A DNA stretch of 64,000 nt from Thalia democratica (Eukaryota), in the NCBI GenBank assembly GCA_965202585.1, contig OZ241826.1, positions 80,104,001 to 80,168,000 on the forward strand. Direction: 5' to 3'. The position numbers and the translations under genes were made by a program. This document shows, piece by piece, positions 1 through 12,999 of the stretch. The notes under the pieces were generated by a model. That model worked only from the letters and a program-made list of their open reading frames with translations, had not been told where the DNA came from and searched no databases. Each line of letters opens with the position of its first letter. Within the stretch, counting starts at the first letter, position 1.

Positions 1-275
1 AACTTTAGAAAAACTTGGATGCTTCAGGCTAGTTAAGTTTTTTATAAAAACTCAGGCTAATTTTCTTTTAAATTTTGAATGAATTTGAGCTGATCCAGTT
101 TTCAATATTTGGTAATTTTCTAGTGTATTTTGTTCAAGAACTTGATTTCAGATTTTTAATTGTAAATAACACCTAAATTTGTAAACCTTGTGGCTAGCTG
201 TTTTACTTATTATTAGATTAAAGTTCTTTTTTTTCAGTTTTTAAAAACCTCATTCTGACTCAGGCTAGTTTATAC

Positions 276-543
276 TAGTGATGTAGCAGACTCACTATCC
301 GGGTCCGGCCGGATATTGCCATTTTTGTCTGATATCCGGATCCGGCCGGATTCTAATTTGAAAAAAAAGTCCGGATCCGGTTCCGGCCGGATTCTAATTT
401 GAAAAAAAAGTCCGGGTCCGGTTCCGGCCGGATTCTAGTTTGAAAAAAAAGTCCGGGTCCGGTTCCGGCCGGATTCTAACTTGAAAAAAAAGTCCGGATC
501 CGGGTCCGGCCGGACCCGAAATTTTGGGTCCGGTACATCACTA
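276..543. mobile_element. hAT-type non-autonomous element (MITE) with internal ~41-bp tandem array
   Basis: 10-bp TIRs TAGTGATGTA/TACATCACTA (Ac-like TAGGGATG termini); degenerate 8-bp TSD GTTTATAC/ATCTATAC (6/8); about 4.5 copies of TCCGGCCGGATTCTAATTTGAAAAAAAAGTCCGG(A/G)TCCGGT. Lies in A intron 9; not seen in C intron 9. Confidence 0.75.
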
Positions 544-920
544 ATCTATACTAATACTGTATACTGGCTTGCGGTATCACATGCAGTAAGCTCGGTTTAA
601 ATTATTAAACAACATTCAAAAAAACTCTTATTATTGATAAAAAATATTTTACAAAAACTATCACTTTATTAAAAGCTTTAAGCAGAGCAAAATAGTTTGA
701 CTTAAATAAAAACTTTAGTAGAGTTATCGAGTAATATGTCTACTTTGGTATGCTTAAAAAATTTGTTTAAAGAAGAAATCGATTATTTGTTGAATAAAAA
801 GATAAATTATCTTTGCTCTTATGTTGACGGAAAAATTTACTTTAAACGATTAGTTGCTATTATTTTAAAGGGCATCTGTTAGCGATTTTCTTTTTAGTAT
901 AATAAAAACAAATTACTCAC

Positions 921-3900
921 TTTTTATGGTCGAAGTTGATTGAATTTTCGTATAAGTTCGGCAGTAAGTCTAAAAAGTATTTATTTCAACATCTAGATTT
1001 TGTTATGTATTATTTGTAGATAGAAATTAAAACGCAGTTGTAGTGCTAATATGCCTACAGGTTTTAAAACTTTTAATAACTGAGTTTGCGTGTTAAAATA
1101 CTTTAAAAGCTATTAACTATAAAAACAAACCGTTGTCAATTTTTGATTTCTTGTTAGCAGTTGGATGTATTTCGTTTGCTTCTTCGATTAGCTGATTCTG
1201 CAAGAAAAAATAGTTGTAGATTGGTAAATAAAAAATATATTTTTTTTCTCTATATAACAAATTTCCAACCTGATTTTCTTCAAGGTTGTGTGATCTTTTT
1301 CGGGAAGCTGTATCTTCGCTTGCTGTATTATTTTGTACTTTGTTATTCTCTAAAGATGGAGATTGTTGTATTTGCGACGGAAAAGCTCTGAATTTTTTTA
1401 AATTCTAGCAACAAACTTCTCAAAATTTAGTAACCAAAAGACATGTGTTTGTTGTTGTATTGTTTTAATTTTATCAATATCTTGCTGATTTTGTAACATG
1501 ACAATTGCTTTAAACTTATTTATTTCAAGGAGAAACATTTAAATATTGATATGATAAGTTAACTTATATGGTGAATAATAAATACAAGTTTTTAAAGCTT
1601 AAATATTAATTGAAACATAAAGTTAATTATTTTACAACAAACATTTTTCTAGAAGGCAGGACGCAAGTGAAAGCGGAATTTTTCGTCGCTGATTCGATCA
1701 TATTAGTTTGCAACGGCGAGTTGTCAAAACCCATCAGATAAGTGCTGGGTAGGTTGCTTGGAAACGAAACCAACGGTTGCCATGCAGTGACGTCATCATG
1801 ATCTTCCTGCTGGTTGTTCATGGTTGAAGGGAAAATATGGCTGATTTTATTCGTGACATCATCTTCAGAAGAACTTGCCTATTTGATATTTTTTGTTTTG
1901 TTACAAAAATTTTACAAAAACTATCTGCAATGCTCAAAAAACATAGTTAAAAACCAAACTAACCAAGAATTAATTTCTAAATGTTGAAAGAAATTGAATT
2001 AAGTATTTGCTTATTTAGGTACAAAGATCAACATTTTTTGATTGTAAATTTAAAAGTATTTTGAAAACTAAAAGTCTAAAAAGATTTTAAGCATAAAACT
2101 TTACTATGCAATACACTATTTATATTATTTTTAAGGAACACCCAGAAAAAAACAATAAAGTTAAAACATTTTTTTAATGATACCTTTAAGATGAAGAAAA
2201 TTTATACTTGTAACTATTTAATTTCACCATCTTAAGACATTTTATCGTTGAAGCATTAGTTTTGTTAAGAAAATTTCAATGAGATAACAGACAAAAACGA
2301 AATCTCACCACGTGATTTTGAGCGAGGAAAGCAATGTTTTTCAGACACCATTCACATTCGCATTCGTTCTGATGATGAATGATCACCGATTTTGATATGA
2401 GAGCTTTCAGACTCTTCCCGTGATGTCTGATGCTTCTTTTCCAATCCTTGGCAGTCTCCCTCCCGCTTATTGCTTGGAACTCGTTGGGATGCATCCAGCT
2501 CTGCTTTCCCCCCAGCTCATACAAAATTGATTTGCCTGAGAAGTTATAAATGTTTAGTATAAATGTTTGTTTTAGCAAAAATTGTGTACTATTGAACAAA
2601 TCTGAGATTGTTGTTTCTTTTAGTTTTGAATTTTACATTATTAAACGCACTGATAACGAAGTGAATTTAAATTTATACGTTAAAAAATTAAGACCAAAAC
2701 AAAAAAACTGTGTTTCTTAAAACAAGCAGCTCACAATACTGTTGTACTAAAAATTCCAGTAAAAGACGACAAACTGCTAATTATCAAATTAAACGAAAAG
2801 CGTAACTGCTTGTATAAGTTTGTAGTTCTCTCATTTCAAACTCGCAATAATCTGGTTTTTATTGTTTAATAAACTGGAAGTAATTCGTCTTCTCCAAGGT
2901 TTTAAACTTTTTTACATATTTACAGCATTTTAATACGTGAGCGCTTACAACTAAATAGTTAATATTTTAATTTTCAAATTTTTCCTAATTTTTTATTATG
3001 CCACTCACTATAATCACGAATTTTATAGGCTTCTTGTTTGCTAACAAAGTAAAAATTGTCGATTTGGTGAGCTTTTAGATTTTAAATAAGTGTTAAAGTA
3101 AGCTAAAACTAAAAAAAAAAACATTTGTAAGAGCTTTTTATGTTTTTATGTAAAGACACTAAGTAATAAACAAAGAAACTTGATTTGCTTGTCAAGTTTA
3201 GATCGGTTGAATTCAAAACTAAATGTTGAATAATACCTTAAGTTACTTATTTTCTTCATTTTTCTTTGTAATAAAGCATTTAAAACTTTTAGGTGAAAAC
3301 TTTTCTTTTTGTTAAATAATTTAAATTTAACGTATAAAGATAGAAGACAAATAAATACAATAATACCATTAAACTTCACTCTGCTTTGTTTTACGCAAAA
3401 AGCTAATACATTTTACAGATAGAGACGGCGCTCCGAGCAAAAATCGACTTAAATATTAATAGAAAACTTCTCTAAAAAATCACGAGCGGCCTTATTGAAT
3501 GGAATTTTACTTTCTGGTCAAACAAACGAAAAGTGAGGCAAACATAAGGAACAGTCTGCGTTGCGAGAACGTGATTAAATTGCAACGAAATACTTTTGTG
3601 CGTAAGCAGCTAGCGAGTTTTTTTTTGGGCCCGTGATTTTGATTTCCAATCTTCTTTTCAGAATTTTTAAATGTGAGCTTTTACGTTTTTTAGTTTTTTG
3701 GTTTTTAAAGGTTTTGTTTAAAACGGACTTCGACTTTTGTTATTTACTGTTCTTAATAATGTTTTTGTAACACTACCAATATTTTATACTAGCTATGTGA
3801 AAAATAATATTGACACAATGTTTATGCATACTTCGACAAATAGATATAACAGCTCTTACAAAGATTTCGCACAAATGCATTATTATTAACATATATTTTA

Positions 3901-6900
3901 CATACATTTAGGTAAGTTTAAAAAGTTTTTACGCTTAGGTTTTATTTGAAAAAAAACAATTTAGATAACTACAAAGATTCTTTAAAAATCTTTTTGACTA
4001 AGATATTTTTATAAATTTTAAAAGCAGCACAAATTCGTAAATGACAAAAATAAAAAGCTTGAGTTTTATATACTTTTAAAACAAATTACTTTTTTATTTG
4101 AACAAAAGTATAATTTGCTTTTATGAAGCAAGGAAATTAATTAGAAAAGAAAAAAATATCCTATCAAAATAAGTATTTAGCAGTTTTAAACATTGCATAT
4201 TTATAAAACACTAGACAAAAATAATTTTAATCTAATTTAGTTTTATTTTTATATAGATGTACTGACAAACCTGTCTTTTAACTTTAAATAGTAACTTCAT
4301 AAAAAAAAATTGTTTAAACTATTCTTGTTTATAATTTATTAATTATTCATATCTTCATCAAGTAAAAAAAATCAAAATATTGCATTAGCTAAACAAATAT
4401 TTATAAACATAAACCCACCTTTGCTACCCTGGCTGAGTCTTGCGATGTAGAGGAGGGCATTGTTGTCGCCGCAAGTCACCTCCAAAAACTCCTCTCCTCC
4501 TTCGTCCTTCTTCACTTCCACCTCCGAGCTGCTCACGTGACCTTTCGGCAGGTTCACCGTCCACCTGCAACCCTCTGTTGCCACGTGGTGATGGCTGGTT
4601 GCCCCTGGAAACCGATTTTGAAGTCTCATTTTGCTCACTGAACTTTCCATCAAATCTACGGATGTTTTAACTTGTATTTTGTTGATTTATACTTTTGTAT
4701 ATTCTTATTGTATCTTTGTAAAATGAGCTTTTTTTATGTTACTTCAAGTTGTACTTTAACTATTTTCAAAGCTTGTTGGTTCACATTTCTATGACCAGTA
4801 TTATGAGTGAAGCTAATAAAATAAATAAAATAAATGTGTCGTAATTTGAGTAAACAGCTTCAAGTAGTTATATGCAATGTAATGTATATTTTGAATGTTT
4901 ACCGACGACAGTTGCTTTTAAGTTTTGGTCAACTATCCGATAAAAAAAGTGGAAAAAACAGCAAAACACTCGCAGGAAGCTTGAATGAAAAGGAAGCTCG
5001 TCAATTGATAAATTAGACACGCAGCCAATGGTGACCTTTAGCAACGCTTCTATCTAAGAAGGTTGTCATTGGCAACGTGCAACGACGCGAAGCAAAAACA
5101 AAAAAGCTGTAACGGCATGAAAAAGGATTTAGAGCTGCAATTATAGAAGAAGCGACGGCAGCAGTCGATCTTTCCTGTGACGCAGAAGGAAGCGAATAAC
5201 CGTGACCAATTTTCAATGTTTTTTTTAGCCTTTTTTGTACAAAGTAAATATTTGTCAACGCGAATGCGCGAACTGTCAGCAAATATCGACGGCGCTTTGC
5301 GAAAACAAGAGAATGCTGCTAGACGCTTTCTGTTTGAATTGTCGAAATTTAAACTGTCGTAAAAGTATGCATTTTTAGTATAATGAGTATTCATAGTTTT
5401 AATTACCGTGCAATTTTTTTTAGAAAATTAACAGTTCCTAGTTTTTGTTATTAACAAATATAAAGTTAGGATACTACTTCTAAATATACTTAAAGCTAAA
5501 AGCATAATATACTAAAAACTAAAAGTAAATAAATGATAAATTTATGAGATTCAAAACCTTGTTTGTTTTTTCGCCTTGCAGCGAAATTGAATGTTTGTCA
5601 ACGCGAGAGCGGCCAGTAAACATCGACGGCGTTTTGCGAAAAAACCATAGAATAACGCCGCTCGACACTTCGTGCTTACAAAAAAGCTTTTAACCGCCGC
5701 TCGCACGCCAAACAACGCTCGTTGTGACGTCATGATGATTGTTCTTGACACACACAACAGGCTTTCCAGCTTTCTTCGGTACAAAACGCCGTTCGACAGC
5801 TTAGGATCGAAAGACGAGAAGCTTTTATTCATTATTTATCGCCGCGTCGCATTTCGCTTCTTTTCGCTGCGGCCGTCTGAAACTCTCTTTCTATCGAAAC
5901 GTGTTAGGCGAGTGGTGCAAGAATAATTACCGCCCAAATTCGCCGAATGATTGAACGGCAGATAAAGCAAACTGAGCTTAATGAAGCTACTCAGAGCTTT
6001 TAGCCGATTTCAGAGGCGTGTTTCGTGATTTTTCGTCTCTCAAAGACGCAGAGCGAGACAAATCGACCTTTTAGCTTTTTTTAAATCTCGCGAAGTGCAG
6101 CTTAATTTATGGCTGTAGGTAAAATGTTTTGCTAATTTTTTAGCAAAGAAAAACATTAGATTTTTCAAGGAAGAAAAATTTCGGATTTTTTTATGCAAGC
6201 TTTTCTGCTTACTCGCAACTTTTTCTGCCATTCATTTTTCGTTTGTTTTTTGCTTTAGATATTCGAAAACATAAAATACAGTAAAGCAGAATGTAAGATG
6301 TGCAAGAACTTTCTGGTTAAATCAATAAAATTGATTAAGCTTTACATGTTTTATACCAAATTTCAAAGCAAACATATAATAAAGAAAATAAAAACTGTAA
6401 AGGCATGCGCTAAAATACACAAAAGTTCATCAACATGTTGACAGTCGTCTGCATTAACCTGTGTGCGAATATCGCAAGCTGTTTTTTAATCGAAAACCGC
6501 CAGCAACATAAAAACAAGAATCTTTCTCATTTTTTCTCAAACAAAAATAAATAATCACTTTCTCTATACACATGCGTTGAGCAATTTTGGGTTTTACAGC
6601 TGAAGATTGATTGAAACAAAAGGTAAGGTCAACGCTAATCCGCGGTGTCAGGACTTGGCACCGAAGTTACTGAAATCAGCTTTATATAGCAATCAAATCT
6701 ACTTTGAGCCGCGTAGCACCTATGTACGCGCGAGTTTGTACGGCCGATCAGTTGAATTTAAATTTAGTTAAAATTTAATGGACTTGTTTCAAGCTAGCGC
6801 GTCTGACGAGCTTTTAGAAGTACACGTTGAATGCAAGTTAAAATTAGGTTAATTGTTGAATTTCGTTTGTATATTGAGGCGCGGAATTTCAATATACTCT

Positions 6901-9900
6901 TTTTAATTTTTAAGCCTAAGAAAATTAAAACAATTGATTACTTTTATTAACCCTTTAATAACTCGAATGATTTAATGGTTTTACAAACGGTTTCAGATGT
7001 AAAATATATAAATGCTATAATATTTTATATCGGAAAATTTAAAACGAATTATTTATAAAATGACAAATAAAAGTTATATGGACAAATATAATTATAAATA
7101 TACATATCAACAAAATATACATATATGCACAAATAACGATGTCTAAATAAAAATATCTTATCTTTACTATCTTAGAAAACAAAAAAAAATAATATACATG
7201 AAAATTTTGTTTTGACTTTATTTTTTAACGTGTGTACACAAAACTATATAGTTCAACAAAAACTAACAGTTGGTGTTAGGAGTAACGACTCTTTTTCCGT
7301 TGCTACTAGTAACAACCGGGGGCTGCTGACATTCGACAACGGAAGTCGTGGATGACAGCACTGGTGATGACGTCATAGCGGAAGTTGATCTCTGTTGCGT
7401 GGAAACCAGCTTAAGATGATTGAGCTCGTTGTTGCTGTGTAAAAAAGAAAACTGTTTAACTAATCTAAAATATTGACAAAGTTGAATACTATTTTTAGTT
7501 ATTTTTAGTTTTTAAACTGTTTGTGTAAAACTATAGAAATATTAGGTAAGGAATTGATTAAAATTATTGCAATATAAGTATTTATTTTATCTTAAAAGCT
7601 GATAAAAATGTAATAATCTATTTAAGTAAAAACTTACCGTGAAAATTTTGCGTTGTCGAACATTGGCATATTAGATAATGGTAACATACCTTCTTGTTTT
7701 TTGTTCAGGTTCATCAAATTTAAAACTTGTAACCTGAAAGTGTTTATTTTTAATCAACAACAAACTAAAAAGCCGTTTTTGAAATTTATTACAGTATACT
7801 ACCACTTAAGTACGCAAACTGGACCCGACCAAAAAGTGCGTACTTAGCACGGGTAGTGCGTACTTTTTGACGACATAGTATAATATGAAATTTAGTTGTT
7901 TTTTTTCTTTCTTACAACTAGCCACCAAATAATTAAGCCAAATAAACTAGTCTTTTTATTTTAAATAACATTTAATACATAATTCTAATCTGCAAATTTT
8001 TTTACTAGAATTTAAAATGATTTATTTTTTCTATAAAAAGTTTCTACATAATAAAAACATACGTTTAATATAGAAAGTCAATGTCAGCCAATGATATAAA
8101 AAAGAATATTAAGCCATATTTTCATATTTTGTTTTGTTAGAGGGAAAGTACCAAACTACATTGTGTTTACTAAATGTTTTCAAAACATCAATGTGTGTAC
8201 ATTTAAATTAAATTATGACTTAACTATGTTGTATTTGTAGGTTTTTTTAAGTTTGTCATCTATATTTATTTATTTTATAGCTTTACAGCTCAAATACCAT
8301 TATTCTTTTCACTTTTATGCAACCACTACATAAGTATTTAATTTATTAACATTTGATAACAGGGCTGTCACTATCTCGGGCCACTTAGACTACTCAGGAT
8401 TACTCACCCTAGTTTAAAAGTTGTGAAAGTCTCAGGCTAACTCAGCAGATTGGCCATTCTAACCATATATCAGTCTTTCTGGATAAGTGCGTAATTAAGG
8501 CGGGGTGCGTACCAAAAAAAGTGCGTACTTAAGCGGTAGTCTACTGTACACTTTTATAAAGTACTCAAAAAAAATTATTACGTTGGAAAATTTCGAAAAG
8601 GTTAAAAATTGAACTTTAATGTTTTAAAGTTGTTTTGTTCAGAAAAACATTAAAATATACTAAAGAACCTAGAACAAAACACAAATTAAATAAAATTCAA
8701 GTTTTTGGTACTAAAATGAATAAACGATTAAAAAAAAATTGCAGACAGCGTATTTAATCAGTTGTATAATATTTTTGTTGTTACAACTCAACAAGTCAGT
8801 AGTTGCCATAGCAACCAGCCACACACGCGCCAGTAAAAACAAATCTGACGACCACGTTGCCATGTAAACAAGCTCCTTAGCAACGGTTGCCAAGTTGCGA
8901 GCTGCAATGAAGCAGATAAACGCTTGAGGTCTCTCGCATGGTAACCAAGGTGGCATGGTTGCTTGGCAACCGGGACGTCCCGCTTTTAGCACTTCCACAC
9001 TTCAGTTAATCAGCTTCGACGAAAATCACCGACGTCTGCGAAGGCGGTTTTAAGCTTCCTCCAGACGCGGTAAAGTAAACCGTATGTCTATAGTTTCAAG
9101 GTTTTTCTCAAGAAAAAGCTTTTTTGATGGGATGTGTTTTCTAAGTCTAGATTTTAGGAGTTTTAAATAAAAAAATTTAAACAGACTACTTGATTTAAGG
9201 AAGTACTTTAAAGTTGTAAGTTCATTGTCTCTTTAAAAAAAGTTTGCACATATCTACTGAACTTAGTAGTTTTTTTTAATAAATTATGTGCTGAATAATA
9301 ACTGAATAAATAGCTCGAACTTTTTTACAAAACTTTAAGTATTCTTGGGCTAAGTATAAGCACCTGAAGTAAATTTTATGCTCGCTCACAAATTTATATG
9401 TTATTTTTTTATTAAAAGACTACAAATGTACAGAAAGAATTACCACAACCTAAAACTAAACAATTCAGATAATTTTAAGGCAAAATTTCTTTATTAGAAG
9501 AATAGTAATCTCTTCGAAGTTTTAAATAAATCCAACCAATGTCAATTCCAATCGGCATTTTCAACCATTGATAAAACAATCATTTTGTTTATTATATACT
9601 TAGTTTAAAACAAACAATGTTTATCTACTCACCAGTTAACTTGATTCTGGTCTCCAAATTGTAGCGGGTCGAGCCCGGAAAATTCACCACCTTTTGGCTG
9701 CTTAGCCCCATTCAACCCACTGAAGTTGGAGGAAGTTTGGGGAAATCCCCTAGGAAAGGGGTTACCAGGCAACATGGCTGCCGGGTTGTTAAGCATCCAC
9801 ATACTAGGAAGGTCGGGTTGAGAAAAAATATTCCCGAACTCGGCACCTGATTGGCTTAAAATTGTCGATAAATCGGGAAAAATACCCGGAACTGCTGAAG

Positions 9901-9907
9901 AACTCAT
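921..9907 (-). CDS. SAMD11: SAMD11-like SAND(+SAM) chromatin/transcription factor, copy A (exons 1-9 of 14; 3' part beyond window start)
   Basis: Phase-consistent GT-AG exons 9907-9633, 7733-7638, 7434-7268, 4655-4419, 2535-2309, 1878-1643, 1387-1270, 1197-1131, 969-921, open throughout. Exons 4-5 give FLEVTCGDNNALLYIARLSQGSKG|KSILYELGGKQSWMHPNEFQAISGRETAKDWKRSIRHHGKSLKALISKS (SAND, KDWK motif). This closely matches my recollection of the N-terminal SAND of long vertebrate SAMD11 (EVECGANRALLYVRKLCQGSKG...PNEFQFVSGRETAKDWKRSIRHKGKSLKTLMSKG). The symbol means 'like'; orthology is untested. Confidence 0.85.
7792..8546. mobile_element. Tc1/mariner(pogo)-type MITE in intron 1 of copy A
   Basis: TIRs CAGTATACTACCACTTAAGTACGCA and TGCGTACTTAAGCGGTAGTCTACTG (23/25 complementary), TA on both sides, subterminal GTGCGTAC repeats. 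It accounts for most of the extra length of A intron 1 relative to C. Confidence 0.8.
8780..8972. promoter_or_regulatory. Cluster of RFX X-box-like motifs in intron 1 of copy A
   Basis: GTTGCCATAGCAAC 8782-8795, GTTGCCATGTAAAC 8856-8869, GTTGCTTGGCAAC 8958-8970 plus half sites; the block is conserved in C. Confidence 0.55.
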
Positions 9908-10139
9908 ATTTTAAATGTTTTTATTGATCTGAAATATATACGACTAATATTTTTCAACAAATTACAAAACTACTATTTTCAATGTATACTGTATTTTTAA
10001 AAAATGAAATTTATACTCAAAAAAAAAATTTTATAATGTGGTTTTCAATAAAATTTTTCATAAATCAATTCTACCTCATTTCGAAAAAAAAAAGAAATAT
10101 AATATGTTTTTTAGAAAATTTTAATTATTTTAGACTTGA

Positions 10140-10750
10140 GACAAACGCGCTCCTCTCATCATGTCGTTACCACGGCAATCAAATTCGACCGTGGCGACGA
10201 CCGGGGAGGAGGCACCAAGGAAGACAGATTTCGATAACTAATTTATTTTACTTCGCGGTGACGTACCTCGACGTAACGGGACGAAATCGTGTTAGCAGAA
10301 GATTCCTGTGTAAACAGCAAAAGCCTTGCGGCGCGTTGTGCGAAAAAAACCGCAGCTCTCTTTTCATTGTTTGTGTGATTGCGATAAAACACGCAACCGA
10401 AAACACACCGAGCAAAAATCACCGCCCCTTTGTGATTTTAGCAGCACTTTTTCCTTATTTAAATATAAAAAAACATCGACGGTCTCTAACGAGCTGACAA
10501 TTAACGAGAGAAGAAATCAGCGGCGCGTTGTGTGTGGTAGCTGAAAGCGACTTTAAAATCGCGTGTCTTGAGATTAGCGGATAAAGAGGCGAGGTGGTGT
10601 CGGCAAGGTCGACGACAGATTGATTTTTTCTGTTTGAAACTGAAGTTAACGCGACAGTTTTCGGCATACCACTTGTCTGTCTTGATTTTTTTTTTGTTCG
10701 CCTTTTTATTTTTTTTTTTTTGCCAGCCGACACCTACTGAATATTGTTTA
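10140..10750 (-). promoter_or_regulatory. CpG-rich promoter / non-coding first exon region of copy A
   Basis: CpG-rich island homologous to 40170-40640 (B) and 52990-53650 (C). A GAG|GT donor is conserved at 10267/40361/53495, and an AG acceptor lies 21 nt before the ATG in A (9928) and C (54343). Confidence 0.5.
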
Positions 10751-11089
10751 AAATATTTGTGATGGAAGACCTAATGTATTGAAAGTGAATGAAAAGCTTG
10801 CCACCAGCCTATGAGGATTTTTGTGCTGCAAAAAATTATTTTTTGCCTTAAAAAAGTACTTATTCTGAACAAAAGTGCTGTTAAATTATATATTACTTGG
10901 AACGAAAGTAATTTAAATATAAGCAAAACAATATTTTACTTATAACCCTTTTGAATTTATTTAAAGCTTTAGTAAAAATAAAATACTAACGAAATCCGTA
11001 TGGCTTCTGCTATCATTCAAAACGCCCATCAGACATTATAACTTTATGAAAGTAGCCAACATCAACCTCCAAACGCAAAACAGGAGCTG

Positions 11090-11345
11090 CCAGCTAAACG
11101 CCTGCTAATTCGGCGCCTTTAATTAGCCGCATGTGAGGAGTTGCCTTCACTTGGAAGCCATAAAAAGAAGGCTCGAGTTCAAAACAAAGTCGATGCCCAT
11201 CATTCACATACAACTTGCCCTCACCTAATTTCGCTGCTTCTTTTCTTGCTAAGATTATTCCTTTCGTTTCTTTCACTCGCAAGCTGCCTTGTCAATCGTG
11301 AAATAGGAAAAGGCAGCTAGCTGCTGAGATAACGCGCTGTGTGTG
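11090..11345. repeat. Upstream conserved element, four copies (also 26300-26650, 40870-41170, 52420-52700)
   Basis: Shared core GCAGCTTGCGAGTGAA(C/A)GAAACGAAGG..AGAAAAGAAGCAGCGAAA(T/C)TAGGTGA(A/G)GGCAA. The reading frame is broken differently among copies. Confidence 0.8.
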
Positions 11346-12999
11346 ACGGCACTTAAAAAGGGGCTGGTTTTGAATCTCGCTGGTCTAATTGAATCTCGCT
11401 GGTGTTCTGCAGTGTTGTGTGAGATGAACTTTTTTCGTTGAGATTTTGAATAGGCTGCAAACCCTTTAAAAATATTTTGCGGTGTCGCTTATAAAAATGA
11501 GTTTATTTTTTACTGGTTAGAAAGTTATTTTTTTAGTAATTTTCATTAGTTTTGCCTGTTCGTTTGCTGTTAACTAAAACTATTGAGTTTTTATTTAACG
11601 TTTAATCAATTTACTACCACTATTTGTTTGCTAGTTAACATTGCTTAGTTTAAGTTATAGACCATTAATGACAACGTTTTATGTGGTTTTTTGCTCAAAG
11701 TTTCACAGCAAAACTTTTTTTAAACTAGCGTTAATTAAATAAAATCAAAGATGTTAGATAGCTAAGGGTGCACAACTAAGCAGATTCGGATAATCCAAAT
11801 TACCAAAAAAAAAAAAAGAAAAGGCTACAACTAAAAAATATATGTATATTTGTCAAACAACAAAAAATTAAATGCAGTTTCTATTAATATCTACAAGCTA
11901 TTTTTTTTTGCATTTTTCAAAACATTAAATAATTTTTGAGATACGGCTTAAAAAAACTAAAAACATAGTTATTTTTGATATTTATTAAACATCTTTAAAA
12001 ATATTTAAGATTTATTAAAAACAAAAAAGTGGCTTGAAGATATTAATTAGATCTACATATGTATTTAAATTTTTGAGGTATAGTCTTTTAAATCTCTTTT
12101 TAAGAATTTAAATTGTCGGGATTCGAGTTATTAGAATTTGAGTTGTCATGTAACCGTTTTTTGTTATCAAAGTAATGTTTTTTAAACTTATCATAAAACA
12201 TTTTTGCAAGATAAAGTTTAGATAATTGTACTTAAAGTGTTATTTTTTTACAAAAATTTTGAGAAATGCAGTTGAAAAACTAACTAACAAATGCTTTTAT
12301 GTTGTAGATAATACAGCTAGTACTTACAAATCAAGTACAACGGTTATTGATAGTTTAATGTATGGTTATTGATAAAACTATTTTACTATTAAACATTTTT
12401 TTTACAATCTATAAAAAACTTTTCCAAATCAAGTTAACTATTTTATTTTTCTTTAAATACTTTTAAAAATTAATTAGAAAAATTAAGTCTCGTTTTTCTT
12501 TTAGTTGCAAAACCTGTAATAAAACATACTAAATAGTTTTTACTATTTGTCTTAAATTTTTCTTCAAACAATCGTTTTAATAAACAGTTAAGTTGACCTA
12601 GTTATCTACAAAAAAATAAACTTGAACTTCTTAACAACAAACAAGTATTTAAAAACAGAAAGCTAGAAAAAAAGTGATTAGATCAAAAACTTTTCAAACA
12701 AATAAACTGCTCATTAACCGCCAACCTCGGCATAAACTCGATTTTCAAAACTTCGACAAGCTTCCAAAGCTGCCGTCTCGCTTTGCTTCTGCTACAAAAT
12801 AAAAAGCTTCTGCTCGTCGATGGCCGTCGAATGCACTTCTTTCCGCCGCTCGCCTCTCTCCGCTGCGTCGCTCAGCAAACTTTTAATCGCCGCCGCTGTT
12901 GCTCGAAAGTGAAAAGAGAGAGAGACGACGAAGCATCAGATCACACACGACCCTCAAACGATGCCGCCACCCCCACTTTCGTGCCCGTGCGACCGAAAA

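Noticed and set aside
300-520. Regular GC-rich repeat/AT spacer array superficially CRISPR-like
   Set aside because: The 'spacers' are near-identical, the DNA is eukaryotic and the array is bounded by TIRs/TSD: a MITE.
4440-4670. Antisense ORFs over SAND and SAM exons (4440-4670, 34620-34841, 58591-58779, 30393-30584, 30725-30985)
   Set aside because: Shadow frames of GC-rich real exons on the opposite strand.
4834-6231. Multiple overlapping short ORFs in intron 3 (and 57286-58208 in C)
   Set aside because: No shared frame between A and C; they overlie conserved non-coding elements.
8711-8998. 95-aa ORF also open in copy C (55442-55630)
   Set aside because: Lies in intron 1 without phase-compatible splice sites; conservation is explained by the X-box cluster; absent from B.
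9907-9930. Acceptor 21 nt before the ATG as a possible SL trans-splice site
   Set aside because: A conserved upstream GAG|GT donor (10267/40361/53495) allows ordinary cis-splicing from a non-coding first exon.
11094-11282. ORFs sharing GIILARKEAAKLGEGKLYVN (also 26317-26517), faintly like a LINE ORF1 C-terminus
   Set aside because: Single-base indels break the frame differently in the copies at 11.2k, 41.1k and 52.5k; similarity is at DNA level only.
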